Below, piece after piece: positions 47,409-57,708 of a stretch of 64,000 nt of DNA. The notes beneath the pieces were generated by a model. That model was given only the letters and a program-made list of their open reading frames with translations. It did not search any database and was not told the DNA's origin. This DNA comes from a candidate division FCPU426 bacterium (GTDB taxonomy: Bacteria; Oederibacteriota; Muellerivitia; Muellerivitales; Muellerivitaceae), in the NCBI GenBank assembly GCA_963771075.1, contig CAVYSE010000008.1, positions 1-64,000 on the forward strand. Direction: 5' to 3'. The position numbers and the translations under genes were made by a program. Numbering within the stretch: the stretch's first letter is position 1; every line of letters starts with the position of its first letter.

Positions 47409-49472
47409 TTAGTCGACCAAATATCTATCTTTAAGGTATTCAACCCATTTCTCATATTTAGCATCTTTAGATTTCTTCCCCAAAGCATTGAAGAATTTTT
47501 CATACGTTATATCCACAAATTTCTTGTCGCTGGGTTGTTTCAATAATTTCGAGTATTTAAAACCGACTTTTGTAAATTGGGAATTGCCTTCGGGGTAAAT
47601 AAGTATAAGAGTTGAATGTTTATAAACCCCGGAATCCGCAAGAAGAACACTTTCCCCCAAAATTTGGTTTCTCCAAATCTGGCGCAAGTCATCGCTTTTT
47701 AACAAATCCAGGGGGCCATCAATATAGATAGCCGATTTACTGGTAACTTTCCAATACCTGGAACTGGGGTTGTTGACCTCTTTTTCTTCCTTAGAACCCT
47801 CTTTTAACGGGGTATCTCCCTCCGTGTATTTCATCTCAATGCCAATCAACCCCCTTTTCCCATCCGTGTTCAAATAATCAATAAAGACATCAAAAGCCGT
47901 TTTGTCATTCAGGTGCTTTTCGGGGGGGCCGGGGGCGTATTCGATCCTAATCTCATTTACCTTGTCGATGATATTCCCCACAAAATGATTCAGCGTTTCT
48001 TTTGCGTAATCCTTGTCCTTCATCAAGGGGGCAAAAAAATTGAAAGGAATGTGTTCGCTTCGGAGCATATCCGCATAAACATTTTTGCTGTAATCATGGG
48101 CCTTTTTAACTTCTTCAAAGATCCCCAGCCCCTTATAAAAATTGGCTCCTTTTTCAGCGTCTGCCTTTGCCAACCATGATCCGTAGGTTTCATATCCAGC
48201 TTTTAGAACAGAACACCGGTATTTGGACTGATGGAGCCGGGCTTTGGCTTTAAACGGGCTGTCGGGGGGGTATTGGGGGCCAAGGTCTTGGTTCTCCAAG
48301 TTTGTGCTATCTAATACGTTATCAGAAACAGGTTTCCAACCTTTTAAAAGCCCAATAAAAGAAATCCATTTATACGGATTTTTAACGTGGAAAATATAAT
48401 GTTTTGCTTCATCCCTTACAAATATCTCGGTCGAATCGAGAAACATCCTGCTGTACGAAACCCGTCCTAGTAAAATACTTTTTTTCGAGCCTTCTATCTC
48501 AAATATGATTCTTTTGGTTGATAAAATAACAACTCCTTCACCTAATAGTTTAATTTCTGAATTATTAAAGTATTCCCCAGCTTCAATCCTAACGGATTTT
48601 TCTTTTTCCTTATCTTTTAAAGTTCCTGAATTAGGGTAAAAGACTTCATAAAAATTTGTGTTTTCAACAAAACAACCATCCTCTCCTTCAACAAGAAAAT
48701 CTTTAAGCGAAGGAATGACAGGAATTTCACCTCTCAATATGCCTTCTTTTAGAATATCCATTTCGGCCACATTTTCAGCCAATTTTGATCTGAATTTCTC
48801 AAGGTCGGAAACCCCGAGTTTTTTTCCGTCAATAAAAAGACTTTCGTCTTCATCATCTTCTATTGTCACATCTATAATTTTGGAATCTTCGTCCGAAATC
48901 CTCCCATAACCTTCACCAAATTCGTCTTCGTCCAAAGATTCAGAAAAAAGCGTAATGCAGCCATGCCATAAATAAGGATTTCCAACCACAAAATAGGAAA
49001 TTATGTTAGTTCTGTCATTGATGATACCTATGGCATTGGGGTAAAGATTTACAGAGCTAATATCTTTAAGAAAAATCTTCCGGCTTTCCAAACGTCCAAC
49101 AAATACTAGTCTTTGGTTGGTAAGGGTTAATGTTCCATGCTCTATGTCTTTGAGGCTTTGGTAAGAAGAAGATTCACTACCACCAACATATAAACCTTTC
49201 ATAACTCTTACACCAACACCACTAGAGACGCGGGTTGATCTTGATTCTTTTAATAAACAAGAATCAAAAAGCCAGGGCATTTCCGCGCTTTTTAATATCA
49301 CTGGTGTGCGGGGTCGTTCAATAGGCTCATGCTTTATGAGTTTTTCAACAAAAGCCTTTGCTTCATTCATCAAAATTTCACGATTTTGATTATTGGCTTT
49401 GTATTTACGAGAATTTTTGACTAAAAAAAACACAACGGCCCCAACAAATATTAAACAGATGATAATTTCCAT
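47409..49472 (-). CDS. Membrane-anchored protein with a C-terminal restriction-endonuclease-fold domain
   Basis: N-terminal TM; two GxLxLTxxR(L/I)(V/I)F repeats; SEHIPFNFF...DKTAFDVF...GIEMKYTE. Confidence 0.65.
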   Translation of the reverse strand: MEIIICLIFVGAVVFFLVKNSRKYKANNQNREILMNEAKAFVEKLIKHEPIERPRTPVILKSAEMPWLFDSCLLKESRSTRVSSGVGVRVMKGLYVGGSESSSYQSLKDIEHGTLTLTNQRLVFVGRLESRKIFLKDISSVNLYPNAIGIINDRTNIISYFVVGNPYLWHGCITLFSESLDEDEFGEGYGRISDEDSKIIDVTIEDDEDESLFIDGKKLGVSDLEKFRSKLAENVAEMDILKEGILRGEIPVIPSLKDFLVEGEDGCFVENTNFYEVFYPNSGTLKDKEKEKSVRIEAGEYFNNSEIKLLGEGVVILSTKRIIFEIEGSKKSILLGRVSYSRMFLDSTEIFVRDEAKHYIFHVKNPYKWISFIGLLKGWKPVSDNVLDSTNLENQDLGPQYPPDSPFKAKARLHQSKYRCSVLKAGYETYGSWLAKADAEKGANFYKGLGIFEEVKKAHDYSKNVYADMLRSEHIPFNFFAPLMKDKDYAKETLNHFVGNIIDKVNEIRIEYAPGPPEKHLNDKTAFDVFIDYLNTDGKRGLIGIEMKYTEGDTPLKEGSKEEKEVNNPSSRYWKVTSKSAIYIDGPLDLLKSDDLRQIWRNQILGESVLLADSGVYKHSTLILIYPEGNSQFTKVGFKYSKLLKQPSDKKFVDITYEKFFNALGKKSKDAKYEKWVEYLKDRYLVD

Positions 49473-49887
49473 GATCGTTCCTTAGTGAACGCCTTAAAGG
49501 GATAAACCCCAATCCCTCAAAATTGGCTACATTATACGCTTCCAATTAACCGTCGGATAAACCAGCGAAAAGGCCAAAAGCAGGGGTACAAGTATGCCCG
49601 GCAGGTGGATGATCTTCAAAATGCGGAGCCGATAGTGTCCCCTCCATCGAGGCCATTTATCTGCCCTCACTTTCATGGTGAGGGGCAACGGTAGATAATG
49701 CCAACTCAATAAGAGTTGGTACAAGCCGAGAATGCGAGCATTGGGTGTCCCGATTTTTGTTAGAAGGCTTTTAGGTAATCGGGACAATACCGACATCCCT
49801 GAAAGCTCATTAAATGGTCGGCATGTGCCGATTCCTACTAAGAATCGGCGGGGAAAGTTTTTTCAATTTTTGCTCGCGAACTGTCAT

Positions 49888-50592
49888 TTAAAATGATTTA
49901 AAGAAGAATTTTATTATCCCCAAAATGATCATCAGCCAACCTAATAGTTTTTGGTATTTCATCAGATTGGCAGGTCCCCAAAAAGTGAAGTAACTACCAA
50001 ATCCCACATAAATCAGAGCGTAGAAAAGCCTTCCTAAGCTGGTTCCCCTGCCAAAAATAATAAAAAGAGCCCCAAGACCTATACCGATCAAACACAAGAA
50101 AAACGCAGGGAGGGGATTAGTCCAATTAATTTTACGTTCAATCCTTTTTGTGACCGAAGGGCTCACTTTTTTTACAAACGTCTCCACGATTTCATCCATG
50201 TTTTCGTAACCATCCACGACAAAATTCTTGCCGTTGGCCTTAAAGGAGATAGCTAGTGGGTTTGTACGAATGGTCATTTGGGTGATGTCGGAGAATAGTA
50301 TTTTCAAGGGCTGATCGTTTGAAGTGAATAGGATTTCTTCCGTTGAAATCTCCAATTTTCGGGAGCGGAGGTTTTTTGAGCTGTACTTCCAAGTAAAAAA
50401 TATAGACCCACCCATCATTAGAAAAGTGCCTGTAATTATTATGAGGAACTCTCCCAGGGATCCCCCATGGGCAAGCATGATTGGGAAATAAAGGGCGAAG
50501 ATTCCCAAAAACAAACAAAAACTCGTGATAACGGCTATTCCTAAAGTCATCGCTCTCTTTTGGATTGTCTGTTCAGAAAAGGGATAAATCAT
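49888..50592 (-). CDS. Hypothetical membrane protein
   Basis: Two plus three TM segments around a soluble domain. Confidence 0.6.
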   Translation of the reverse strand: MIYPFSEQTIQKRAMTLGIAVITSFCLFLGIFALYFPIMLAHGGSLGEFLIIITGTFLMMGGSIFFTWKYSSKNLRSRKLEISTEEILFTSNDQPLKILFSDITQMTIRTNPLAISFKANGKNFVVDGYENMDEIVETFVKKVSPSVTKRIERKINWTNPLPAFFLCLIGIGLGALFIIFGRGTSLGRLFYALIYVGFGSYFTFWGPANLMKYQKLLGWLMIILGIIKFFFKSF

Positions 50593-50789
50593 GTTGGGCT
50601 CCTAAATTAACCGAATAAAATAATACCCTTCCCCACGGACATGGGGTACTGATGGGGGTCACTCTAGAAAACCTTTTAATTGCTGAATTATCAGGCGGTT
50701 GGGGAGAAGTTGTCGTGCGACCTGGGGCGAAAACACTATTTGAGCCCCTCGGATTGGCCGTGCCGGTTCCGTAAGAGAACCGGCGTCGA

Positions 50790-50931
50790 TATAGGCGACG
50801 GTTTCATGGCCAACGGGGCCCCAAGCGGCCACGGGCCGCGCGACCCAGAAAGCAAAAAACAGGGGTACAAGGATGCCTGATAGGTGGGTGATCTTTGAAA
50901 TGAGGGGCCGTAGCGTGGAAGGAATTTTCAC
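50790..50931 (-). pseudogene. S1/P1 nuclease N-terminal remnant (leader copy 6)
   Basis: MKIPSTLRPL...AAWGPVGHETVAYI, then similarity stops. Confidence 0.75.
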
Positions 50932-51707
50932 TTTTTTAATTTATCAATTGCCGGTTGTAAAACATCGTAGAAAATCTTCATTTTCTCGACAGCCCAAACC
51001 TTCAATTCTTCAGTAATATTCTCATCGTATTCTTTAGATATATAAATCCTAGCCCAGGTTTGGCGGTATTCTTTTTCCACTGTTATAGATTCCCCTAATT
51101 TTCGTTCAAGATCATCCTTTTGGGAAAGAATAGAATCGATCGCTCTAAGATTAGTGTCTCTATTGTTTGATTCAAAATGCAGTTCTACACCTAAACACAT
51201 TGGCCTCCGATGAAATACCCATTCAAAGTGAATACTTTTAGTATTTCCGACCTGGAAGTAATTCCCACCCCATGTTTCATCCAATTTCAACGAAACAAGA
51301 GGTTGAAATTTCAGAGCCAAATCTTTCCAAAACTTTTTATATTCTTCCTTCCTTAATGATAGGTTGTGCTCGATCTCTTCTTTCTTTTCCGCTTGAATGA
51401 TGAATTCCTTTGCTTCGGGTACAGGAATAAGAATATTTGATACTAATGCGATTTTTTGATTATCTAAAACATAAGGCGTTATTTTTACACATCTTATATC
51501 AATACCAAATTTCAGTAGCCACATTACCGAAGCTGTTACTTCTTTGCTGTATTCTCTTGAAACTAAAATAATTCTTGGGCGGCCATTTAATTCTGTAAAA
51601 TCCGGGTCAACAATGAAATTTTTTATCTTGTTTCCAGCATCCTCCTCTGAACAACTAATCCCCTTTTTGTTCAAAAAATCTCTGTGGATATTCGAAAGTT
51701 GGTCCAT

Positions 51708-51958
51708 TGGCCATTACCCCCTTTGCCCTGGGCAAGGAACTCTGGCGGCTTTATAAGTTCCATCTTTTTTCGGGCCCCGGTCACGACTCCATGCTTCACC
51801 TCCTGTTTCCCGGCTTCATGGGTATGGTTTTCAGTTTCGGGGCCGGGCTTCTGGCCTTACGCTGGCTTTCGAGTTGGTTGGAGAAGGGGAAGTGGAGCTA
51901 TTTCGGGGTTTATTGCTTGGGGCTGGCTGCCTTGATTTGGCTCGGGGCCAACCGTTAA
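51708..51958 (+). pseudogene. 3' fragment of a probable undecaprenyl-diphosphate phosphatase
   Basis: GMVFSFGAGLLALRWL..WLEKGKWSYFGVYC resembles the UppP/BacA C-terminus. Confidence 0.55.
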
Positions 51959-52009
51959 ATTTTCATTTCGTTTACAGTAGCGGCCATCCCCTTCTTTTAG
52001 GAGAGAACC

Positions 52010-52357
52010 TTGAAAATCACCATTTACCAGAAACCCACCTGCTCCACCTGCCGGGAGGTCTACAAAGCCTTGAAGGAAAGCGGGGTGGATTTCGACTCGG
52101 TGAATTACTACCTGGATCCCCTCAACCAGTCCCAGATCAAGGGGCTACTCAAAAAGATGGGGATGAAAGCGGCGGATCTTTTGAGAAGAAATGAGGAAAT
52201 CTACAAAACCCTGAAACTATCCGATAAAAATTTGTCTGAGGATCCGGTTGTCGACTTGATGGTGAAATATCCCGACCTGATCCAGCGCCCGATCGTGGAA
52301 AAGGGATCGAAGGCGGTTTTGGCCCGTCCCGCCGAAAGACTCAAAGAAATACTGTAA
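52010..52357 (+). CDS. ArsC/Spx-family protein
   Basis: IYQKPTCSTCR; PDLIQRPIV...ARP. Confidence 0.9.
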   Translation: MKITIYQKPTCSTCREVYKALKESGVDFDSVNYYLDPLNQSQIKGLLKKMGMKAADLLRRNEEIYKTLKLSDKNLSEDPVVDLMVKYPDLIQRPIVEKGSKAVLARPAERLKEIL

Positions 52358-52389
52358 TTATTCCTTTTGGCAATCCGTTAATAATTATT

Positions 52390-52776
52390 TCATTTCGATG
52401 GAGCGGGGTTTTCCAAAATATCCCGAATCGTAGCCTTCAATTGGGCCATCGGAACCGGCTTTGACAGGAAGGCACGGATGTTGTAGCCCTTCAGGTGAAA
52501 ATCGTCCTCCATTCCCTTGAACGCCGAGACCACGATGATCGGAAGGTCTGGAAATTCGGCCCGCACCTTCGGCACCAATTCAAAGGCGTTCATATCAGGC
52601 ATCTTGACGTCGGTCACCAGCAGGTCCACCTTCTGGTCCTCCAGGGTTCCCAGAACCTGAAGCCCATTCTCAGCCGTGAGCACGTGGTATCCCTCATCGG
52701 ACAGCTCCTCTAAATACAAAAACAGGGAGGCCTTCTCGTCCTCCGCCACCAGCAGGGTGATATCACTTGGCTTCAT
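52390..52776 (-). CDS. Single-domain response regulator
   Basis: AEDE, TDVKMPDM, SA, KP. Confidence 0.92.
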   Translation of the reverse strand: MKPSDITLLVAEDEKASLFLYLEELSDEGYHVLTAENGLQVLGTLEDQKVDLLVTDVKMPDMNAFELVPKVRAEFPDLPIIVVSAFKGMEDDFHLKGYNIRAFLSKPVPMAQLKATIRDILENPAPSK

Positions 52777-55597
52777 TTCCCGCCTCCTCTTCCAACGGCA
52801 GATAAAATATAAAACTACTTCCGACGCCCACCTGGCTTTCCACTCTCATTCCTCCCCCGTACGACTCGATGATCTTTTGGCAAATGCTCAGGCCCAGCCC
52901 GGACCCGGTGGTTTTGGTCATGAGCAACGGATTGAAAAGCTTTTGGATGTTTTCCTCCGGGATGCCACGTCCGGTGTCCTTTACGGTAATGGAAGCCATT
53001 TTTTTTCGGAAGAAAGAGGGCTGGAGATGCGACATTTCCGGGGTGTCAGCCTGGACGGAGGGCGGCAAGCCTTCCTCCACCCTTGCCCGCACGGTGAGGG
53101 TGCCTCCCGATGCCATGGCGTTGATGGCATTGAACATGAGGTTCATAAGAACCTGTTTGATCTTATCCTTGTCGACAGGGATAGGTGGCAGGCTTGGATC
53201 GATATCCCGGACAATTTCGACATTGGACGCGTCGGCTTTTTCGGCGACGATCATCAAGGAACCGTCCAGGATTTCGTTAAAGTCCACCCGTTCTTTGGCG
53301 GCGATTGGGGTTTGCGCCACCTTCTCCTCTTCCAAAGGAAGATAGAAAATAAAATTGCTTCCGGCGCCAACCTGGCTTTCCACCCGCATGAAGCCCCCAT
53401 GCGACTCGACGATCTTGTGGCAGATGCTCAAGCCCAGCCCCGTCCCGGTGGTTTTGGTCGTGAAAAAAGGGTTAAAAAGCTTGTGGATATTTTCTTTGGG
53501 GATTCCGCACCCGGTATCCCTAACGGAAATAGAAGCCATTTTTTTCTGGAAAAATATCTGTTGGACATGCGTCAGTTCCGATTTGGCCATTTGGTCAACG
53601 GGCAGCATTCCATCCTCCACCCGTACTCGCACCGTGAGAGTGCCCCCCGTTTCCATGGCGCTGAGGGCATTAAACATGAGGTTCAAGAAAACCTGCTTGA
53701 TCTTATCTTTGTCCATAGGGATGGAGGGCAGGCCGGGGTCAATCTCCCGCACAATCTTTACCTTGGAAGCGGCGGCCTTTTCTGTAACGATGAGCAGGGC
53801 GTCGTTCAAGACTGCATTTAAATCCATATTTTCCTTGGTTGCGACCAGGGTCCGGTTATATTCCAGCACGTCGTTGATGGTGGCGCCCAAACGATTGACC
53901 TCCTCAACGATGATATTGGCGTAATTCTTCAGTTTCGGGTCCGTCAGCTTGTCCGACAGGCGCTGGGAAAAGCCCAAGATGGCGTTCATTGGGTTCTTGA
54001 TCTCATGCGCCACGCCCGCCGCCATTTCCCCCAGATTGGCCAGCCGCTCGGACCTAAGGAGTTGTTGTTCCATCTGCTTAACTAGGGTGACGTCTTTCAG
54101 GGTCGCTATGACGCCCAGCGTGGCCGCCTCAGGGCTCTGCAGCAGGGTGCTCTGGAGAGAGATGTAAACGGGTTCAGGCTGTTGCTTATCCAATTCGACG
54201 TTTTCCTGGGAGAAGGACTTTCCTTCCGCCAGGGTCCGCCTCATGAGATTAGCAATGGGCTGGAAACTGGCGGGCAGTTCTTCCAACGAAGAGCCCACGA
54301 CACTGCTTTCTTCCAGGCCGGTGATTCTGCTGGCGGCGACGTTGAATGTTCTTACTTTTTCATCTCCATGAGCTACCACAATACCTGTCTGAATATTTGC
54401 CAGAAGGAGGTGGTAGTAACGGACAAGTTCCTTCAGATGCCTTTCGGACGCCAATAGCTTTTGGGTGACCATATCCGCTTGCTCGGAAATGGACTCGTTG
54501 ATTTTTCCATAACGCCTGGCCATATCCTCCCGGATTCTGGAATCGGCGGCGAGAAAACCGCTGAAGGTGGCGACGATCAGGAGGAAGGGGAGCTTGAGAA
54601 GGGTGGTCGTATCGGCGATCAGCCATTGGCCGGTCATTTTGTATTGCAGAAGAAGAAAGATAAAGCAGGCGGCAACACCTACGCCCACGCTGTTTTTGAC
54701 ATCCTTGACCAGGGCGCAAATGAAAATCGTCAGGAAGTACATTGTCATGAGGTCCCATTGCTTGATACCGGACAAATACAAGCCGCTCGTGACAAAAAGC
54801 GTGTCCACGGAGAAGACCAGAACCAGGAAGTTCATCTTTTCAAGCCAGGACTGATAAACAAAAAACATGCCGAGAATCGAGGCCAAAAACAGGGCCAACA
54901 GGATGATGGCGGCGGTTTCATCGGACTTGGGGGGCGGGTTGAAAACGAGGAAAGAGGTGATGATGACCAGGGAAAGGAATCGGAGGGTCACCAGTATCCG
55001 CCGGCGCCCGTCGGCTAGGGCTTTGTTCATCTGGCCTTCGGCCTTTTCGGTTCGATCCGCCTTGGCCTGGTCCGCCGCGGCATGGGCGTTCAGGATCTCC
55101 TGATCCTGCTCCAGGACCCTTTCCTGCATATTCTTGTTATGTTGATCGAGTTCTCGTTGCAGGCGGAAAATCTTCAGGTGGGTTTCCATCCGAGCCAGAA
55201 GTTCTTCGGTCTCGAAGGGACGGGTGATATAGTCCACCCCGCCGACGGCAAAGGCCCGGACCTTGTCGAAGGTCTCATTGTGGCCGCTGATGAACAAAAC
55301 GGGGATATCGGCGAGTTGGGGGTCTTTTTTCAGCTCGGCGCAGGTCTCAAAACCATCCATGTCCGGCATGGACACGTCCATCAGGATCAGGTCGGGAGGG
55401 TGGTTCCGGGCGGATTGGAGGGCGAGGAGCCCGGTGTGGACTGGATGGACCTCGTAACCTTGCCGCTTAAGCATTTTCTCCAACAACACCAAGCTGGCCG
55501 GAAGATCATCGACGACCAGGATGCAGGCCTTCCGGGCGGAATCCACGACTTTTCCCATGGCGGGATCGGTTAAGCCTTCCGGGGAAACGGTCGCCAT
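52763..55597 (-). CDS. Hybrid sensor kinase: REC-TM-PAS-HisKA-HATPase-HATPase
   Basis: N-terminal REC, AHEIKNP H-box, two N/G1/G2 box sets. Confidence 0.9.
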   Translation of the reverse strand: MATVSPEGLTDPAMGKVVDSARKACILVVDDLPASLVLLEKMLKRQGYEVHPVHTGLLALQSARNHPPDLILMDVSMPDMDGFETCAELKKDPQLADIPVLFISGHNETFDKVRAFAVGGVDYITRPFETEELLARMETHLKIFRLQRELDQHNKNMQERVLEQDQEILNAHAAADQAKADRTEKAEGQMNKALADGRRRILVTLRFLSLVIITSFLVFNPPPKSDETAAIILLALFLASILGMFFVYQSWLEKMNFLVLVFSVDTLFVTSGLYLSGIKQWDLMTMYFLTIFICALVKDVKNSVGVGVAACFIFLLLQYKMTGQWLIADTTTLLKLPFLLIVATFSGFLAADSRIREDMARRYGKINESISEQADMVTQKLLASERHLKELVRYYHLLLANIQTGIVVAHGDEKVRTFNVAASRITGLEESSVVGSSLEELPASFQPIANLMRRTLAEGKSFSQENVELDKQQPEPVYISLQSTLLQSPEAATLGVIATLKDVTLVKQMEQQLLRSERLANLGEMAAGVAHEIKNPMNAILGFSQRLSDKLTDPKLKNYANIIVEEVNRLGATINDVLEYNRTLVATKENMDLNAVLNDALLIVTEKAAASKVKIVREIDPGLPSIPMDKDKIKQVFLNLMFNALSAMETGGTLTVRVRVEDGMLPVDQMAKSELTHVQQIFFQKKMASISVRDTGCGIPKENIHKLFNPFFTTKTTGTGLGLSICHKIVESHGGFMRVESQVGAGSNFIFYLPLEEEKVAQTPIAAKERVDFNEILDGSLMIVAEKADASNVEIVRDIDPSLPPIPVDKDKIKQVLMNLMFNAINAMASGGTLTVRARVEEGLPPSVQADTPEMSHLQPSFFRKKMASITVKDTGRGIPEENIQKLFNPLLMTKTTGSGLGLSICQKIIESYGGGMRVESQVGVGSSFIFYLPLEEEAGNEAK

Positions 55598-55902
55598 TTT
55601 TTTGAACGCCCTTTCATCCCATTAATTTATCATTCAGTGACTATGCTAAGGGAAAAGGCCTAAATGTTATTAAAATTCGAGTGCCTTCCCTGGATAAAAC
55701 TAGTGCCAGCCTAAAAAGCTAATAAAGTGAACCTTTAATTAAAGAATGTAACCTCTGAAAAACTCAAAAATTTCACCGCCAAGACGCCAAGTTCGCCAGG
55801 AAAGTCTTTAATTTTCAACGAAAACCAAAAGGCGGAAGAACATTAAAAACCCTTTTTCAGAGATTACAGAATACTTATCGCTTCAAAACTAATGGCCTAC
55901 CC

Positions 55903-56004
55903 TTAAATCGCTTTTTCCTGGGACACCGCTTCCTTTCGAAGGATGGTCTCCAAGGCAAGTTTTAGCTGTTTCATGTCGACGGGTTTATTGAAAAAGGCCT
56001 TAAC
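55903..56004 (-). pseudogene. Response regulator C-terminal remnant cut by IS1380
   Basis: VKAFFNKPVDMKQLK resembles IRAFLSKPVPMAQLK of 52390-52776. Confidence 0.7.
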
Positions 56005-57708
56005 CCGGAATTTCCCAGAATGACCTTCTCTGAAAACATTGCCGGGTAATTTGTTTCTCATTATATCGCCCCCCCCCGCTTCTTCCATCCGAATCCGGAA
56101 TTTTCCGTCCTGGGCCACTGAAATAAGCCCCAGGAAAAGGTTTCTGTGCCCAAAAAAGCTGAAATTGACCTTCTGGAAAGCCAATTCTCGTTGTGAGCGC
56201 ACACCTATCCTGCGGTAGTCGCTCGGGTTGAAGCCTTGATGCCTTCCTGCGGTTATCGCAGTACTGGCGCTCGCGGCCTTACCATTGCCAGTAGCCGTAT
56301 CCGATTGAGGATTTCAGCAAACAGGCGTCGGGAAACCATCACCTCCGCCATCTGGAAAATAACGTACCGCGAATGACGGATGACATTAGCCCCGATCTTG
56401 ATGAGTTTTTCCCTCAAGGTCGTTAGCGACCAATGTTTCACCAGTTCTGGCAGTGCCAGTCGGCGCAGGAAGTTGCCCAGATTGTAGGCCAGGGCGAATA
56501 GTTGTAAGCGCACTTGGTTGTCCGCGAAGTCGTGGCAGCTTAGTCTTGTCCACTTCATCGCATACTTTCCCTCTTTGATCCACTGCTCAGCCGTGCCTCT
56601 TCCGTTGTAGAATTTCACCACCTGGGGTGCCGGTCGTCGCATGTTCGTTACGATGAAACCCACCTTTGGGAACAATTCCCCGTTGTGATGTTCGATCTTC
56701 GCCACCACGCGGCGGGGTTTGTCCCAGCTGACGGCTTGGTATTGGAAGCTGTGAAACCGGACAACCGGCTTGTGGGAGGGGCGGCCCACGGGACGGGTTA
56801 AAAATGGCTCGATTTCCCGTTGGAGTATGGCATTGGCAGGTTGGCGGATCGCGTAAAGATATCCTTCGTCTTCTAGGTATTCGTATAGTTCCTGACGGGC
56901 GAAAGCCGCGTCACCCCGGAAAAACCGGCTGATGGAAAGACCCCGGTAGCGGGCAACTACCGGTTCAAGAACCGAACGCCATTCGTGGGCACTGGCCACA
57001 TTGCCGTTGCGCAACATAGCCCGTTCCAAATCGCCGAACTGGTTGAAGCAAAACAGGGGATGGTAACAGGTACAGCCAAAGTAACCGTTGTACAAGGAAC
57101 CTTCCTGATCCCCGTAGGTCTCGCTCACTGAGCTATCCATGTCGAGGATGATCTGTTGTATGGGCTTTTTCTCATGGACTCCATCGATCCATTGGCCCGA
57201 TAAGTCAATTAAGCCGGTCAAATTCTTCGACTGGGTGAGGACCTCCGTCTCGAAACGACCCATCTGGCTGGTGGAGGCGGCCTGTTTTTCCCTGGCCCGT
57301 CCTCCGATCACATGCCGCATCGCAGGATCGACACTCAGGCGTTCTGCGTCGTTGGTATCCTCATAACCGGCCAAGCGGCTGAATACCGACTGGCGAAGAA
57401 GCGCCGTCATCGTGTGTTGCGTATTCTTACCGGTCCGCCGATCCCAAAGGATGTTTTCTGTTCTGTCAGTCAAACCAAAAGCTTCGTCGAGTTCGCGATA
57501 GGGAATCAACCCGCCATCGGAAGTGACCTTCGCACCATGGAACTCCAACTTGAGGCCAGGATCAAAAACCACCCGAAGAGCGTCTTTTCCGCCTTCACCC
57601 ATTGCATTTCCCCCTCTCATGTTCCCCAACACGAAGAAAAACCTTTGTTTATATGGCCAAACGTTGTCTTATTATACTCGAAAGGAAATTCCATCTGGGA
57701 AATCCGGG
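56005..57708 (-). mobile_element. IS1380-family element
   Basis: IRL CCCGGATTTCCCAGA (minus strand from 57708); IRR CCGGAATTTCCCAGA at ~56005. Confidence 0.88.
56253..57602 (-). CDS. IS1380 transposase
   Basis: TSDGGL, GYEDTND, LDMDSS, RGDAAF, YNGRGTAEQWIKEGK. Confidence 0.95.
   Translation of the reverse strand: MGEGGKDALRVVFDPGLKLEFHGAKVTSDGGLIPYRELDEAFGLTDRTENILWDRRTGKNTQHTMTALLRQSVFSRLAGYEDTNDAERLSVDPAMRHVIGGRAREKQAASTSQMGRFETEVLTQSKNLTGLIDLSGQWIDGVHEKKPIQQIILDMDSSVSETYGDQEGSLYNGYFGCTCYHPLFCFNQFGDLERAMLRNGNVASAHEWRSVLEPVVARYRGLSISRFFRGDAAFARQELYEYLEDEGYLYAIRQPANAILQREIEPFLTRPVGRPSHKPVVRFHSFQYQAVSWDKPRRVVAKIEHHNGELFPKVGFIVTNMRRPAPQVVKFYNGRGTAEQWIKEGKYAMKWTRLSCHDFADNQVRLQLFALAYNLGNFLRRLALPELVKHWSLTTLREKLIKIGANVIRHSRYVIFQMAEVMVSRRLFAEILNRIRLLAMVRPRAPVLR

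Noticed and set aside
52676..53821. 381-aa plus-strand ORF with an internal repeat
   Set aside because: Antisense shadow of the duplicated kinase ATPase domains.
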